DNA from: Gekko japonicus | Lineage: Eukaryota | Direction: 5' to 3' | DNA length: 64,000 nucleotides | Assembly: GCF_001447785.1 (NCBI RefSeq) | Contig: NW_015169789.1 | Coordinates: 197,858-261,857 of the forward strand | Part shown: piece by piece, positions 62,781 through 64,000 of the stretch | How the letters are laid out: the number at the start of each line of letters is the position of its first letter | How positions within the stretch are numbered: the first letter of the stretch is position 1 | Notes under the pieces: generated by a model | Database searches by the model: none | Told to the model about the DNA's origin: nothing | What the model saw: only the letters and a program-made list of their open reading frames with translations | Made by a program: the position numbers and the translations under genes

Positions 62781-63128
62781 GGAGCTGGTTGGCAGGAGCT
62801 GGTTAAGACGCTGAATTGCAGGCTGTGGAAGGTCAGTAGTTCAGCAGTTTGAGACCCGGGTGCCGCATGTTGGAGTGAGCTCCCATCTCTAGTTCCAGCT
62901 CCTGCCAACCTAGCAGTTCGAAAGCAAGAAATTGCAAGTAGATAAATAGGTACCACTTCGGTGGGAAGGTAACAGTGTTCCGTGCGCCTTGGTGTTTAGT
63001 CATGCTGGCCACATGACCATGGAAACGTCTTCGGACAGCGCTGGCTCTTCGGCTTTGAAATGGAGATGAGCACCGCAACCCTAGAGTCGGATTCGACTGG
63101 CTTTCGAGCAAGGGAACCTTTACCTTTA
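62781..63128 (+). mobile_element. Sauria SINE in PGS1 intron 1
   Basis: Diagnostic ccagctcctgccaacctagcagttcgaaagca, gtagataaataggtacc, catgctggccacatgacc and (ACCTTT)n tail. Confidence 0.93.
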
Positions 63129-64000
63129 AAACTGAATGTAGCATAGGCAAAAAAGTGAAAATCACATGGTCTGCTGGTAAGATCTCAATAAATACTATGA
63201 CTTCCCATAAAATGGGGCTGATGTGTCCTGTGTCTTAGGATTTTTTGGAAGAGATGATGATTGGAGAAACTCAAAGTTGCTTTTCATATAGTAATGTTCA
63301 GAGCTGTTTATTTTGTACTTATGATGCTTCTGTCTACATCCTTAACATCTTAGGTTATAATCAGCAAAATTCTTTTTCCTATAGTACTACATATGCCTCT
63401 TGAGTCTTCTTCAGACTCTTCTTCGTCCGTTACCTCTTCAGTATATCTTAGCAGAATTGTTTTGTAAAGTGTTTCCCATTATCCTCTTGTTCTGCAACAG
63501 CTGGTTATGCTGAACAGCCTTGATGGGCTCTGACCTTACACAGATAAAGAGTGGATTTATACTGTCAGGCCCCTGGCCCATTTAGTCCAGTAATGTCTAC
63601 TCTGATTGGCAATGACTGTCAAGGTTTGAGGCAGAAGTCTTTCACATTCTGCTATCTGAAACCCATCAACTTGGCATGTTAAGAATTAAACCTGATGTCT
63701 TCCATGCCCTCTGTCACTGAACTATGATATCATAGTAGGTTGTGTCTTTCTAAAAACAAAACCAAACCTTATTAATAGTACCTGTATTCAAAGAACATGT
63801 ACTTATTCAAACTTGCTATTCTGTTAAGATAACATTGCATGGAATTTGGAGCTACTGTCCACTTGTGTACAGAAATGTATTTTAATACCAGGAAGTGGAT
63901 GATTTATTTGCCCTTCTGGAAAGCAAGGACAACAGTGCTTTGGCAGCACATGCACTAAAAATGGAACTTCTTGGCAGTAGTTTTTGAGCTGGGCTGCAAA

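Noticed and set aside
63130-64000. PGS1 exon 2
   Set aside because: No frame resembling the expected SPWLLLAP..CCLCPEG segment with an acceptor was found; it probably lies beyond the window.

Overview
Repeat-rich vertebrate genomic DNA from a lepidosaur, most likely a squamate lizard (Sauria SINE, 5S-derived SINE, reptile-type L1/CR1/L2). There are five assembly gaps: 168-363, 6437-6759, 25037-25073, 29203-29492 and 29908-30005. Two host genes lie head-to-head about 33 kb apart, the same arrangement as in mammals. SOCS3 is on the minus strand, with a single coding exon at 28166-28783 (205 aa) and a conserved 3'UTR ending near 26870. PGS1 contributes its first coding exon on the plus strand (62227-62369) behind an ETS-rich CpG promoter. 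The rest is mostly transposon material: a decayed Mag-type Ty3/Gypsy provirus with a tRNA-Ser PBS, a near-full-length decayed CR1, L1 and L2 fragments, many hAT MITEs with 8-bp TSDs, Penelope pseudo-LTRs with hammerhead-ribozyme relics, and an ancient Harbinger-like relic. The most unusual items are: (i) a 1.27-kb non-coding, CpG-rich, TSD-flanked, poly(A)-tailed retroelement that appears to be L1-mobilised (20460-21730); (ii) a hAT element carrying about 1.1 kb of non-transposase GC-rich cargo, i.e. Pack-like (56393-57636); (iii) a dense STAT/NF-kB motif cluster in a CpG-rich island about 3 kb downstream of SOCS3. No novel protein-coding system was found. All family assignments come from motif recognition, not database searches.
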